Shown here: piece after piece, positions 17,843 to 28,102 of the stretch | Position numbering within the stretch: the first letter of the stretch is position 1 | Layout of the letters: each line of letters opens with the position of its first letter | Source of the DNA: a virus | Lineage: Duplodnaviria > Caudoviricetes | IMG/VR virus record: IMGVR_UViG_3300027566_000356 | Coordinates: 1-38,246 of that record | Direction: 5' to 3' (one strand) | Length of the DNA stretch: 38,246 nt | The notes under the pieces: model-generated | What the model was told of the DNA's origin: nothing | What the model saw: the letters and a program-made list of their open reading frames with translations, nothing else | Database searches by the model: none | Position numbers and translations under genes: made by a program

Positions 17843-18223
17843 TTGGCTGTCGAAGTATTTAACATCAAATATAATCGCGCCCATGCTTCTACTGTTGAGT
17901 TTAAAACAGATATTGATAGTGAATATACGGTTCATGAACAAAGGGCGTGTATGCAGACAAATGAGAGAAATTCATGGACTCTAGAATTTGAAAAGACCCC
18001 ATCCAACTTTCAGAATGTGAGGTCTTTTTTTATTCGCCATAAAGGTAAATTCAAGGCCTTTAGTTGGCAATGGAAAGAGACGGATGATCTTGGTCGGTAC
18101 ATTGGCGGTGATGGTCTATTTTACAACGTCAGATTTGATACCGATAAGTTAGATTTTAAGATTAATGAACTTGGTTACAAAACGTTTAGTATTCCAATTA
18201 TTCAGGTGGTGACAACTGAATGA
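17843..18223 (+). CDS. Distal tail protein (lambda gpM/DUF2460-like)
   Basis: FF..HKG....F.W and VRFDTD motifs; directly after the tape measure. Confidence 0.7.
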   Translation: MAVEVFNIKYNRAHASTVEFKTDIDSEYTVHEQRACMQTNERNSWTLEFEKTPSNFQNVRSFFIRHKGKFKAFSWQWKETDDLGRYIGGDGLFYNVRFDTDKLDFKINELGYKTFSIPIIQVVTTE

Positions 18224-18840
18224 GTAAAGGTATAAGCGAAGAATTAGAGCAGCATGTAGCAGAAGCGGAGATAATTCCAAGGATGCTGGTGACTATTTAC
18301 GGTGCTAACGATGTTGTATTTCGATTCGTAGCAAACGACAATCAAGACTTGCTTTTTGAAGGTAACACTTATATTTCTGCTGAGATCAAACGTGGCGAGA
18401 TTAAAACCACGCTAGAAGGTGACAAGGAGCAAGTTTCCTTAACGATGTCTAACCGCTGGAAAGAATGGTCTGCTTACATTGCCAATAATGGCAAAGGATT
18501 AAAATACAAAAAGTGCGTCATTCAAGAAGTTTATATTGATCATCTTGAAGAAGGTGCGGTTTGGCTATTTGAAGGTATACTGAACAGCATTAAAACTACT
18601 ATGATTGAGTTTAGTTGTACAGTTGAACGCGATACCGTAGATTTTACACAAGAATCTCCTAATATGGGATATGGCCCTACTTGCCAGTTTATTTATAAAG
18701 GTGCTGACAATCGTTGTAGGGCTACTAGTGCATTAACTAGCTGTGATGGAACATTAACCGCTTGTATTGAGCGTGGCAACGTAACAAGGTATGGAGGACA
18801 TCCTAGCATCCCTAGAGAGATGGTGCTTAGATCATCATGA
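18220..18840 (+). CDS. Tail tip protein, lambda gpL/DUF2163-like, with a C-terminal Cys cluster
   Basis: CQFIYKG...C......CDGTLTAC..RGN..RYGG.P matches the gpL Fe-S Cys spacing. Confidence 0.78.
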   Translation: MSKGISEELEQHVAEAEIIPRMLVTIYGANDVVFRFVANDNQDLLFEGNTYISAEIKRGEIKTTLEGDKEQVSLTMSNRWKEWSAYIANNGKGLKYKKCVIQEVYIDHLEEGAVWLFEGILNSIKTTMIEFSCTVERDTVDFTQESPNMGYGPTCQFIYKGADNRCRATSALTSCDGTLTACIERGNVTRYGGHPSIPREMVLRSS

Positions 18841-19226
18841 CAATTAATGAATTAATCAAATGCGTAGGAATGCCATACCGACAATTAGATGAAAACGGCA
18901 AAGCATTGGGATGCATGTTACCAATCTATCTTCTTTATCCAGAAATACCACGTTACGACTGGCCACCAGAAGATAAGTTTTTAGAATATTTTTTAGCTAT
19001 TTTACGCAAACATGGTAAGAAAATAGAACTATGCAACATTCAAATTGGTGATGTTGTTGCTTTCCATATGCCTTTAAACTTCCTTCATGTTGGCGTTTAT
19101 TGCGGTAATGATGAAGTTATTCACTGCATTACTGGTGAAAGTTTGGAAAGGTTTAGACTTTCTATGGTATCTCGTCGAATAGAGGAGGTTTTTAGATGGG
19201 ATTCATCCCTTGGACACAAGGAATAG
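18837..19226 (+). CDS. NlpC/P60 tail assembly protein (gpK-like, no JAB domain)
   Basis: VGMPY...GC, GDVVAF, HVGVYCG, VIH. Confidence 0.78.
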   Translation: MTINELIKCVGMPYRQLDENGKALGCMLPIYLLYPEIPRYDWPPEDKFLEYFLAILRKHGKKIELCNIQIGDVVAFHMPLNFLHVGVYCGNDEVIHCITGESLERFRLSMVSRRIEEVFRWDSSLGHKE

Positions 19227-22200
19227 GATTATTTATAAAAAATACCATTATCAGCTATGCCATTAGTTCCGTAACAAATAAACTTTTCGGCCCGAAAACT
19301 CAAAGCAGTAGCCCAACGTACACTCTTGGAACATTGCAGACTCAAACAAATTCAAGCTTAGTTATGCCATTGCCTTATGGTAGTGTCAAGTGTGCCGGCA
19401 ATGAAATATGGGCAAGCCCCGAAGGTACGGTCCAACATAAAATTGTTTCATTTGGTGTTGGTAAAATTAAAGGATTTAGAGACGTGCGGTTAAACGATCT
19501 AGTTATCAATACCTGTCCTGCTTTTAAAATTAGCAACACACTTTACTCCGATGCTACCATTAGAAAAAGCGGTACAACATTTTATATAAAATCAAACGGT
19601 GTTACAACGTCTTTTGACCTAACGAAATACACAACAATATTAGGACTCGTTACTGCAATTAAGACTTATAAAGATGCTACAACTACTGCCGAAGATACAG
19701 AATGGTCTTTCGCTGAAACGTGCTTTTCTTCAAATACAACTAGCAGTATAAACGATATAGGCGAAACGGCTTGCCACAACAATCCAGTATCGTTAATTAT
19801 TAATGGCTTAACTGGTTGTAGCTACACAGCATATTTGGGCGATGGTGAACAACTAATAGACGATAGAGTTAACGGTTTTATGGGTACTGTTGATGTTTAT
19901 GCATATGATGCAAATAGTCCACCTGCTACCAAAATAGATGAATACGGAACCGTTACAGATATTGTTGTTGGCGATACTTACGTTACAGACTGGGAACTAT
20001 GGACAGTTTACAGTGACAATGGAGTATTGAGAGGGCGAAGAAAAACAGGTACGACACAACAATTATTAAACAACACGACACAAACGGAACGTGCTAGATT
20101 AGTAGGCGGTTTAAAGTATGATGCTTACCTAGCTATAACCGCTACAGCCAGCGACAAGTTAAGTAGTAGCTACAACGTTACGGCAATTGTTGATGGACGG
20201 ATAGTAAGAGTATACACATCGCTAACCGAATATACGGAACAGTGGAGTGACAATCCAGCTTGGTGTGAACTAGATTTTAAAACTAGTATTGATGGTTGCG
20301 GAATGGATATGAGTGGCATTGACTTGCAAACATATTTAAATGCCGCTAATTATTACCAGCCGTCTGGTGATCAAAAACGGTTCACTCTTAATCTAATCCT
20401 TGATGAAAAGAAAACTCGGCAGGACTGGCTAACTGAATTTTTTAGTACGTGCCGATCATACCCAACATATCAAAGAGGGTTACATGGTATTTTAGTAGAC
20501 AAGCCAGAAGAAATAAGCCAAATATTCACCGTAAAACCTGACGAATCAATTGAAACATGGTGGCAAGACAACGATGAAGATGTTGAACGTTTGCAAATTG
20601 AATACGTTGATCCTGATTATGAGTATACAAAAGTTTTAGCACAAGCAGACAGAACGCAACTACCAGGAGAGACAAGCCAATTCAGAAATAAGATTCCGCT
20701 GACTAAGAAAATTAGCATATACGGAATCAATAATTTTAAGCAGGCATCTACCGAAGCGTGGTTTCATCTCAATAAAGCACAGACTTGCCCTGAGTGGATT
20801 CAATATACGACTAACAAAAGAGCGTTAAACCGCAGTATTGGCGATGTGGTAGGCGTATGGAATCCGATTACAGAAGTTGTTGAAGATGGATTAGCGTACA
20901 AACGGTATCGCATTATGTCCATGACTGAGCCACAGGAAAATAATATTACAATGACTATGCAAGAATATAATCCTAATTTGTATAGCTTTACGATGGGAAG
21001 TGTCGCACCAACCGTAACCGTTACTACTTTACCAAACTCAGGAACGTCACCACCAAACGTAACAAACTTAACGTTAGACGAAGATACCTATATTCTTAAA
21101 GACGGAACTGCATTGACGGATATAATTATTAATTTCACTCCTGCAAATAGTTCAAACGTTAGTCATTATGAAGTGTATTGCCAAAATAACGGTACAGGTG
21201 ATTTTATTTACACTGGTGACGTTGTTGAGTCCGGTTGTAGGGTTAGAATTATGCAAAATAATAAAACTGTGATTATCAAAATTGTCACGGTCAGTAAGCT
21301 GTTTAATTTAAAATCAGATGGTGTGTTATCTGCTAGTTATGTAATCGTCGGCAAAAGTGATCCACCACCAGATGTAACAAAGTTTTCAGTTGGCAACTCA
21401 AACGGCAAATTATTTTTTACATGGTCTGCCGTTGATGCTCCTGATATCAGACTTTACGAAATCAGAGAGGGTTTATCATGGCCAACATCAACTTTAGTTC
21501 AGCAAGTCGCAGAGGGCACAAATTATCAAACAGGACTATACACCAATGGCGACAAGCTATATTGGATTAAAGCCCTTGACAGATCAAGAAATTACTCAAC
21601 TAATGCCACATCTTACAGCATAGCGATTTATGACGCTCCTATAGGAAATGCCATAATAAACAACGTTATTAGCATCAATCAATCAATTGGCTTATGGTAC
21701 ATGGACGATGATGACATATACATGGACACTCCTAAATTATATATGGACAGGTATATTGTTAATGTCGGCACTCGATACATTGATGTTGATTCAGTGGACA
21801 TCGGCGAAATAATCACGGCAAATATTATAGCATCGTATAGTGCGACAGCCGAAGCAAATACAAAAATATCCTTTGAAATGCGTACTAGTTTAGATGGTTT
21901 GGTATATAGCAATTGGCAACAGTATTGCCCTGGATCATATACATTTAGGTTTGTAGATTTGCGGTTGGTTATAGAGATAGTCAGCGAGTCAGATACAGTG
22001 TATATCGAGTCAATGACGATTAGTATTGATGTGCCCGATAGGACGGTGACAAGTAGCGGTACGTTGAGTATCGCGGCGTGGACTACTGTATTATTCCCTA
22101 CAACTCCAATAACGTCAGAAACTACAAATACATGGGGAGACGAGAAAACAAAAACATGGGGCGAGGTAAAACTGAATACATGGGGGAACGTCCGCGGTCA

Positions 22201-22381
22201 CTCATATACGTATAACGGATCATTCCACAGCATTCCCAGTGTCGATATTTGGGCAAAAACATATGGAGCTATAGCATATACGCAGAATATTACTAAAAAT
22301 GGTTTTGATGTGATATTAATTGATTCTAAAACACAAGCGGTTATTACTGGTGATTTTAAGTACAACGCTATAGGGTATTAG
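19196..22381 (+). CDS. Central tail tip/host-specificity protein (gpJ-like) with FN3-like domains
   Basis: P..YG, WSDNPAW, IGDVV, EYNP..Y, PPDV..F, YWIKA.DRS.NYS motifs; 1061 aa. Confidence 0.85.
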   Translation: MGFIPWTQGIGLFIKNTIISYAISSVTNKLFGPKTQSSSPTYTLGTLQTQTNSSLVMPLPYGSVKCAGNEIWASPEGTVQHKIVSFGVGKIKGFRDVRLNDLVINTCPAFKISNTLYSDATIRKSGTTFYIKSNGVTTSFDLTKYTTILGLVTAIKTYKDATTTAEDTEWSFAETCFSSNTTSSINDIGETACHNNPVSLIINGLTGCSYTAYLGDGEQLIDDRVNGFMGTVDVYAYDANSPPATKIDEYGTVTDIVVGDTYVTDWELWTVYSDNGVLRGRRKTGTTQQLLNNTTQTERARLVGGLKYDAYLAITATASDKLSSSYNVTAIVDGRIVRVYTSLTEYTEQWSDNPAWCELDFKTSIDGCGMDMSGIDLQTYLNAANYYQPSGDQKRFTLNLILDEKKTRQDWLTEFFSTCRSYPTYQRGLHGILVDKPEEISQIFTVKPDESIETWWQDNDEDVERLQIEYVDPDYEYTKVLAQADRTQLPGETSQFRNKIPLTKKISIYGINNFKQASTEAWFHLNKAQTCPEWIQYTTNKRALNRSIGDVVGVWNPITEVVEDGLAYKRYRIMSMTEPQENNITMTMQEYNPNLYSFTMGSVAPTVTVTTLPNSGTSPPNVTNLTLDEDTYILKDGTALTDIIINFTPANSSNVSHYEVYCQNNGTGDFIYTGDVVESGCRVRIMQNNKTVIIKIVTVSKLFNLKSDGVLSASYVIVGKSDPPPDVTKFSVGNSNGKLFFTWSAVDAPDIRLYEIREGLSWPTSTLVQQVAEGTNYQTGLYTNGDKLYWIKALDRSRNYSTNATSYSIAIYDAPIGNAIINNVISINQSIGLWYMDDDDIYMDTPKLYMDRYIVNVGTRYIDVDSVDIGEIITANIIASYSATAEANTKISFEMRTSLDGLVYSNWQQYCPGSYTFRFVDLRLVIEIVSESDTVYIESMTISIDVPDRTVTSSGTLSIAAWTTVLFPTTPITSETTNTWGDEKTKTWGEVKLNTWGNVRGHSYTYNGSFHSIPSVDIWAKTYGAIAYTQNITKNGFDVILIDSKTQAVITGDFKYNAIGY

Positions 22382-22389
22382 GAGGTAAC

Positions 22390-23166
22390 ATGGCAACAAC
22401 AAATTATAATTTAGCAAAACCTGTTGATGCCGATTCAGCAGATATATCGGTTATCAATGCCAACATGGATATTATTGACGCTAATATTGGAAATATCGGC
22501 AATAAGAAAGTAGATGAAATTAGCAGGGCTGATGGCAAGGTATTGGCGTGGGATAGTGCCACAGATAAATATAAGCATATTAACCCTACTACTGGTGGCA
22601 CTGGTAGTGTAGTAACATCATCAGTTACAAACGGTAATATTAAGATTGACGGTGTGGAAACTACAGTATATACCTTGCAAAATAATAGTGTCATAGATAC
22701 AGTAATCGGCACTCGCACAGCAGACCCAACAACACCAACAGCATACTCGCTAGTAGGCTCGCTGACTCAATGGCTATCATGGATAACCAAACGATTTGCA
22801 GAGGTCACAGGGTATGCATGGGGAACCGCTGTACCTGCGAGTTTAAAGACCCTGTGGACTCAGGCAGACATAGGGACATTGTTCATCCCCGCTGGAATCC
22901 TGTATAGCCCTATTATCTACGCAGGTCGTAATAAGACATACAATAAAGTATTCATCAATTGTCATGGCGAGACTCCAACAAGCCTAGTAGTTACGCTGTA
23001 TCACAATGGGGCATTGATCTACACATCGTCTGCAATAACTGTCAATGAAACCATCGCTACAGTGGCTTTGACGATTACAGGGGAGCAGACAGTGCAAGCC
23101 TTTGTGAGCAATACTACAGGGCTGACCAAGGGTGTTAGTGTGTCGTTAAAGCAGGTGAGTAGATAG
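22390..23166 (+). CDS. Tail fibre/baseplate-attached protein
   Basis: N-terminal TTNYNL.KP...D.ADI..IN.NMD.ID attachment motif; NGNIKIDG.E..VY motif. Confidence 0.7.
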   Translation: MATTNYNLAKPVDADSADISVINANMDIIDANIGNIGNKKVDEISRADGKVLAWDSATDKYKHINPTTGGTGSVVTSSVTNGNIKIDGVETTVYTLQNNSVIDTVIGTRTADPTTPTAYSLVGSLTQWLSWITKRFAEVTGYAWGTAVPASLKTLWTQADIGTLFIPAGILYSPIIYAGRNKTYNKVFINCHGETPTSLVVTLYHNGALIYTSSAITVNETIATVALTITGEQTVQAFVSNTTGLTKGVSVSLKQVSR

Positions 23167-23736
23167 ATGGCAATAACAACATGGGGAGTAAAATCCCCAT
23201 TAATAACACTATCAAATAATAATCTTAGAGCAACAGTAACGGGATCTCCTGCTGATTTTACAGGGGTTAAGGGTAGTGCCGGCTTTTCGACAGGCAAAAA
23301 ATACTGGGAATGTACCATCGTTTCGTCTACAAATCAATGCATGATAGGTGTAGCAGATGATTATTTCTCTTTAGTAGGATATGCGGATTATACATCTACC
23401 CATCATAAATCATACTGGCAATCGAGTGGAGCTTTACAACCTGGAGGGGTTGCATTTGGAACTCCTTATGTTACTGGCGACATTATTGGTGTGGCACTGG
23501 ATGCAGATGCTAAAACAGTTAAATTCTACAAAAATAATGTTTTACAGGGTGGGGGTGCTGTTAGTTGTAGCGCACTTTCAGGTAATATTTACCCTTTTGC
23601 CATGCTATACAATGCAGGAAACGCTGTAGATGTTAACTTTGGGGCAACGGCTTTCCTATATACACCACCTAGTGGGTACGCAGGAATTGACGTGTCCGCA
23701 GCATTCCAACGTCCCCAAGCAATAGGAGGTTTTTAA
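23167..23736 (+). CDS. SPRY/B30.2-like domain protein (candidate receptor-binding)
   Basis: LSNNNL, GKKYWE, GDIIGVALD.D...V.FYKN, NFG...F.Y.PPSGY. Confidence 0.8.
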   Translation: MAITTWGVKSPLITLSNNNLRATVTGSPADFTGVKGSAGFSTGKKYWECTIVSSTNQCMIGVADDYFSLVGYADYTSTHHKSYWQSSGALQPGGVAFGTPYVTGDIIGVALDADAKTVKFYKNNVLQGGGAVSCSALSGNIYPFAMLYNAGNAVDVNFGATAFLYTPPSGYAGIDVSAAFQRPQAIGGF

Positions 23737-24138
23737 ATGCACATCTACGAAATCAAAGACAACACAGGCATAAAATGTATCATCACAGACGATCCGCAGG
23801 AAATCGCGGAACTCACAGCAAGCGGTTGGTATCCATCGGAAACACCGATACAGTGGTCAACTCAAAGGCTTGTCGATGGTGTACTAGAGGACATCCCTGT
23901 TCCACCCGTGCCAGAACCCACGCCCCTCACTGCAGACCAAGTCAAACAACAGAAATACGCAGAAATCAACATGGAGTACTCTGCGAAACTTCGGAAAATA
24001 AGCAAGGCCAGGGTACTTGCGGAGAATACAGGATTGCCTACAGATACTTTGATAGCATTGTATAAATCAATGCTATCTGAGCGGAAGGCTAAGATATTGG
24101 AGGTGTACAATGGAGAAACTACTGTCACTATTAAATAA
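23737..24138 (+). CDS. Probable tail fibre assembly/chaperone protein
   Basis: Pro-rich linker (PVPPVPEPTP) followed by helical K..K..EI segment; position among fibre genes. Confidence 0.5.
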   Translation: MHIYEIKDNTGIKCIITDDPQEIAELTASGWYPSETPIQWSTQRLVDGVLEDIPVPPVPEPTPLTADQVKQQKYAEINMEYSAKLRKISKARVLAENTGLPTDTLIALYKSMLSERKAKILEVYNGETTVTIK

Positions 24139-24370
24139 CAGATTAGATAAGGTAGCACATTTCAGCGGTGGCTATATACTAGCTACCATTTTTCCTATCA
24201 CGGAAATATATGGATTATTACTAGCAATAATAGCTGGCAAGGCAAAGGAGATGTATGACAGTAAGCATCATGATAAGCATACTGTAGACAAATTGGACAT
24301 GTATGCAACATGGGCAGGTGGTTTACTTGGATGTCTAGTGTTAATACTTAGGAGGTCTTTAAATGTATAG
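24110..24370 (+). CDS. Small membrane protein (DK..HF / KE..D / D..AT..GG; VanZ/YfiM-like)
   Basis: Three hydrophobic segments with conserved-looking acidic/His residues. Confidence 0.55.
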   Translation: MEKLLSLLNNRLDKVAHFSGGYILATIFPITEIYGLLLAIIAGKAKEMYDSKHHDKHTVDKLDMYATWAGGLLGCLVLILRRSLNV

Positions 24371-26354
24371 AAATAAAGCAGACCTATTGGCAAATTTGGT
24401 ATCTCAAGGGGTGACTAACGGAGGTTATCATATTCTTGCCGCACCAGATGGTAGTTCGCAACCTAATTTCATGGATACATCTATGGAACAGTGGGATGGT
24501 CTTAGTTTAGGTATTGGAAGGATTGTTAATGGTGTAGGTGATGGGATAGTAGACGATACTATAGATATACAATCTGCATTAGATTCCACAAGCAATACTA
24601 TAGTGTTACCTGCAGGAACGTATCTCACAAGTGGCAATGATATTCCTAGTGATAAAACGTTAATTTTTATGGCAGGAGCAAAATTAAAGCTTAAAGATGG
24701 GTCTAACCGTCCTGCTTTACAAAATAAGAACTGGCAATCGAATACTGATAAAAACATTACTATTATTGATGCGGTTATTGACGGTAATGATGCTAATCAA
24801 GCTCACCATTTAGACACTGGAATTTATGCTGGCGAATATTTATCTGGCATTAGGTTTTTCGGTGTAACAAATCTTACATTAATACGCCCGGTTATAAACC
24901 ATGCTAAAACTTTTGCAATCTGGTGCGCAAGCATTAGTAATTTAGTTGTAGATTCTCCTATTTTTAACCAAACAATGACTGGAACACCTGCTAACCAAGA
25001 TGGACTACACTTGAATGGGCCGATAACTGGTGGGTCTATAACAAATGTCACAGGATCAACTAATGATGATATGATAGCGTTAAATGCCGATGATGGAGCA
25101 TTAGGTAATACAGTTACTAAAGGTGCTATAAAAAATGTAATTATCGATGGTGTTAATGGAACTGGATGTTTAAATGGCATTAGATTATTAAGTGCAACAA
25201 GCAGAATTGACCAGATACAAATAAAAAATGTAATCGGTTCATATCGTGACCCTGCAATAAATTTATCATCATATGGTCTTGGTAGTGGTAACTTCGGATC
25301 AATCACGATAGATGGTGTGGATTGTAATTGTTCAAATCCATATGCGGGAGCAGATTATTATGGTGTTATTGTATTAAATAACAATATCGAAAACATATCC
25401 ATATCTAATGTACATCGTAATCGAGCTACTGACAACAGGCCAACTATCTTAGTCTTGCCTGCTGCAAATATGGGTAATTTAGAAATCAATGGACTAAATA
25501 CATTTTCAACTACAGGTGCACCTACCTACGAATGTAATATACATGTCCAAGGTCTTATAAATAGACTAATATTATCAAACGTAAATTGGTTCCGTGATAG
25601 TCTATTGCCATTGCAGGGAGCTATTCTATGGGTTGATGGTAATTTGTCCGCAAGCCCTTTGCCGACAGGTATTCACGAAGTTATTATCAATAATGGTATT
25701 GTAAACAGTCTAGCAGATGTTATTAGTTGTACAGGTGGGCTATTAGATACTATTACAATTAGCAATTTTCACGATATTGGTAGTAATGGAGCTAATTCTT
25801 TATTGAATTTAAGTAGCAATGGAACAACAACTAATTGTTATATTGCAAACGCTCATACGGACACTGGCAGACAACTAGTAAAAGCATCTAATGGTGCCAT
25901 CATAGGTAGTAAAAGCACAATAGGTTCTACGGGTACTAGTGCAAGCATTGAAGGTTCTTGTGTTACACTATCGGCTACACAAACAATTCCATCGTCGGTA
26001 TTTCAGAAGCTATCGTTTAATACAGAGGTTTACGATAATAATTCACAGTTCGACATAAGTAACAATAGTTTTACGGCTAGTAAATCAGCAGGACTTTTTT
26101 TGTTAGATGCTACTATTGCAATGGTGTACTCTAATACAACACAAGTAGTTCTAGGGGTATATAAAAATGGCACAGCCTATCAATACCTATATAATTCTAA
26201 TATACAATCTACTGGAGGACTAAACATAACAGTTTCTACAATGATATCACTAGCATTAGGTGATGTAATAGATTTAAGATTATTTATGACTAACGGTGGT
26301 ACCGTTACAGCAGGATTCGCTAATACCGCACTTACGATAGAACGAATTAAGTAA
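24363..26354 (+). CDS. Tailspike/depolymerase: pectin-lyase-like beta-helix with a C1q/TNF-like C-terminal domain
   Basis: GDGIVDDT..IQ.ALD...LPAGTY; NQDGLH and DD.IAL (GH28-like catalytic motifs); Asn/Ile-rich repeats; C-terminal F....YD....FD....FTA...G...L..GD.I.L. Confidence 0.82.
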   Translation: MYRNKADLLANLVSQGVTNGGYHILAAPDGSSQPNFMDTSMEQWDGLSLGIGRIVNGVGDGIVDDTIDIQSALDSTSNTIVLPAGTYLTSGNDIPSDKTLIFMAGAKLKLKDGSNRPALQNKNWQSNTDKNITIIDAVIDGNDANQAHHLDTGIYAGEYLSGIRFFGVTNLTLIRPVINHAKTFAIWCASISNLVVDSPIFNQTMTGTPANQDGLHLNGPITGGSITNVTGSTNDDMIALNADDGALGNTVTKGAIKNVIIDGVNGTGCLNGIRLLSATSRIDQIQIKNVIGSYRDPAINLSSYGLGSGNFGSITIDGVDCNCSNPYAGADYYGVIVLNNNIENISISNVHRNRATDNRPTILVLPAANMGNLEINGLNTFSTTGAPTYECNIHVQGLINRLILSNVNWFRDSLLPLQGAILWVDGNLSASPLPTGIHEVIINNGIVNSLADVISCTGGLLDTITISNFHDIGSNGANSLLNLSSNGTTTNCYIANAHTDTGRQLVKASNGAIIGSKSTIGSTGTSASIEGSCVTLSATQTIPSSVFQKLSFNTEVYDNNSQFDISNNSFTASKSAGLFLLDATIAMVYSNTTQVVLGVYKNGTAYQYLYNSNIQSTGGLNITVSTMISLALGDVIDLRLFMTNGGTVTAGFANTALTIERIK

Positions 26355-26393
26355 ATAAAAAAGCTGAACGAATAATTTGTTCAGCTTTTTATT
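26354..26393. terminator. Bidirectional terminator between tailspike and acyltransferase, containing the acyltransferase stop codon
   Basis: AATAAAAAAGCTGAAC-gaataattt-GTTCAGCTTTTTATT. Confidence 0.75.
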
Positions 26394-27418
26394 GATGCAC
26401 TATTATTTTTTATTACAGGTTGTGAAAATTGTTTGAAATAATATGCTTCTTTTAATATAGGAATGTATTTAACAAAAAATGTGGCAACGATCAAAAAAAT
26501 CATTTTAAATGTTACAAGAATAAATGGGTTGTTGTATAAAAAACCGAAATGTAAAATCTTCTGCCAAGGTATGAGATAGCTTTCTAACAAATGAAAACAC
26601 ATAATAACTAAAGTTTCTTTTCCTAAGTATGTAAAAAAAACAGTTAAAATCCTTGTTTTCACTAGTAATTTTGATAAATATATTAATAATATACTGCCAC
26701 TTATCGAACCTATATAAAATATTACAATGCTATTATATTCTCTGCTGTTCATGCCTAAAGCGTTATTGTTTATATTTGCAAACCACAAGACTGTCAAAAT
26801 AATAAAAGGAACAATAGATAATTTTTTATCTAAAAGATCATTAGATTTTAATAAATAACCGCAATAGATAAATGGTTGAGCCGACAATGCAATATCTAAG
26901 CTCCAAGGTAAATAAATATCCTGTCCTATCAAATAACCTAATAAACCCAGCAGCATATATATGGTATGTGAGAGATATTTATTTTTACCTTTGGTTAGTT
27001 TAAATGTAATGTTAAATATTAAAATAGCGCAGAACAAGGACGTTAAAAACCATAAAGGGCCAAATTCTTTTAATATTGGGAATTGAGACGGAATAATGCC
27101 AGTACTATAAACAATAGATATAAACCAAATAAAAGTGGTATTAGTATGAGTTTTCACAAAAGATGATATTATTTTAGCCGATGACAATATAAATGCTGTA
27201 GCAAAGTAAGGTAAAATCAATCTATGAAAATTACTTTTAATTTGTGTTAGTACGCCTTTCTCTTTATATAAAAAACCACATATTAAAAAGAAAAACGGCA
27301 TGTGAAATGAAAAAATAATACTCCACAGTAAGGAATGAACTGGGATGTTGTGAGCCAAAACAACAAGAATAATTGCTATTCCTTTTGATACGTCTATCCA
27401 TTCTACTCTTTCTTGCAA
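26381..27418 (-). CDS. Acyltransferase-3 family membrane O-acyltransferase (OafA/Oac-like; surface polysaccharide modification)
   Basis: R.EWID..KGI.I.LVV..H, FHMP.FF...G, LWFL..LF, G..TL.I...H; ~10 TM segments; AT-rich. Likely TTG start at 27418 after GGAGGAG; own extended -10 (TGcTATAAT, complement of 27455-27463). Confidence 0.9.
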   Translation of the reverse strand: MQERVEWIDVSKGIAIILVVLAHNIPVHSLLWSIIFSFHMPFFFLICGFLYKEKGVLTQIKSNFHRLILPYFATAFILSSAKIISSFVKTHTNTTFIWFISIVYSTGIIPSQFPILKEFGPLWFLTSLFCAILIFNITFKLTKGKNKYLSHTIYMLLGLLGYLIGQDIYLPWSLDIALSAQPFIYCGYLLKSNDLLDKKLSIVPFIILTVLWFANINNNALGMNSREYNSIVIFYIGSISGSILLIYLSKLLVKTRILTVFFTYLGKETLVIMCFHLLESYLIPWQKILHFGFLYNNPFILVTFKMIFLIVATFFVKYIPILKEAYYFKQFSQPVIKNNSASIKS

Positions 27419-27587
27419 ATAAATCACTCCTCCAGTAATTTAACTAATAGGAATATTATAGCACAATAACCATAATTCGATAAGTAAAATGCCATTATTA
27501 TACTATTTTTATGAGGTGATAATATGCCAAGAGAACCATGCCACCAAGCAGGTGGTTATTTTTATGCCAAAAATCAGGAGGTGACCA

Positions 27588-27848
27588 ATGAGCGAACAAG
27601 AATTCCAACGTAAAATAATTGACCAACTAGCCAGAGTAGAGACAAAACAAGACTTAATGTTAGACACGGTCAAATCAAATACGGCAACAATCAATCAACA
27701 TAGTATTGAGATTACCGAAAATAGTCAAAGCGCGAAAGCCGCACACCATCGCATAGATGGTATTTTTTATGCCGCTGGCGTTATGGGGGCTATAGCTAGT
27801 TTTTTGACTAATACTTTAATTAATGTATGGGACAAGCTGAAAGGGTGA
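27588..27848 (+). CDS. XhlA-like holin/lysis membrane protein
   Basis: LARVETK coiled coil, SAKAAHHRID, C-terminal TM helix. Confidence 0.7.
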   Translation: MSEQEFQRKIIDQLARVETKQDLMLDTVKSNTATINQHSIEITENSQSAKAAHHRIDGIFYAAGVMGAIASFLTNTLINVWDKLKG

Positions 27849-28102
27849 TGAAAACGAAAGTTAATATTACCGATATCTTAATAGGACTAATCGTAATTGT
27901 GGCTACTGGATTTCTAGTAGCCTACTTTTACGGATGGCATCAAAATGCAATCAATGGTACTAAATATGATTTGCCTAACTTAATGGAGACAGCAAAATTG
28001 ATAATTAGTCAACTTATTGCTTTGTTTAGTGGGCATTCGTTGTTAAACACATCAATTCCGTGGTTGCAAAGACCAGAAAATAAAGAGGGGGAAAAACAAT
28101 GA
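27848..28102 (+). CDS. Probable holin (2 TM)
   Basis: Hydrophobic helices, charged C-terminus, HS.LN motif; upstream of the endolysin. Likely start ATG 27848. Confidence 0.6.
   Translation: MKTKVNITDILIGLIVIVATGFLVAYFYGWHQNAINGTKYDLPNLMETAKLIISQLIALFSGHSLLNTSIPWLQRPENKEGEKQ

Noticed and set aside
23775-24065. Overlapping +frame ORF as an embedded Rz1-like gene
   Set aside because: No signal peptide or lipobox; not in the lysis module.
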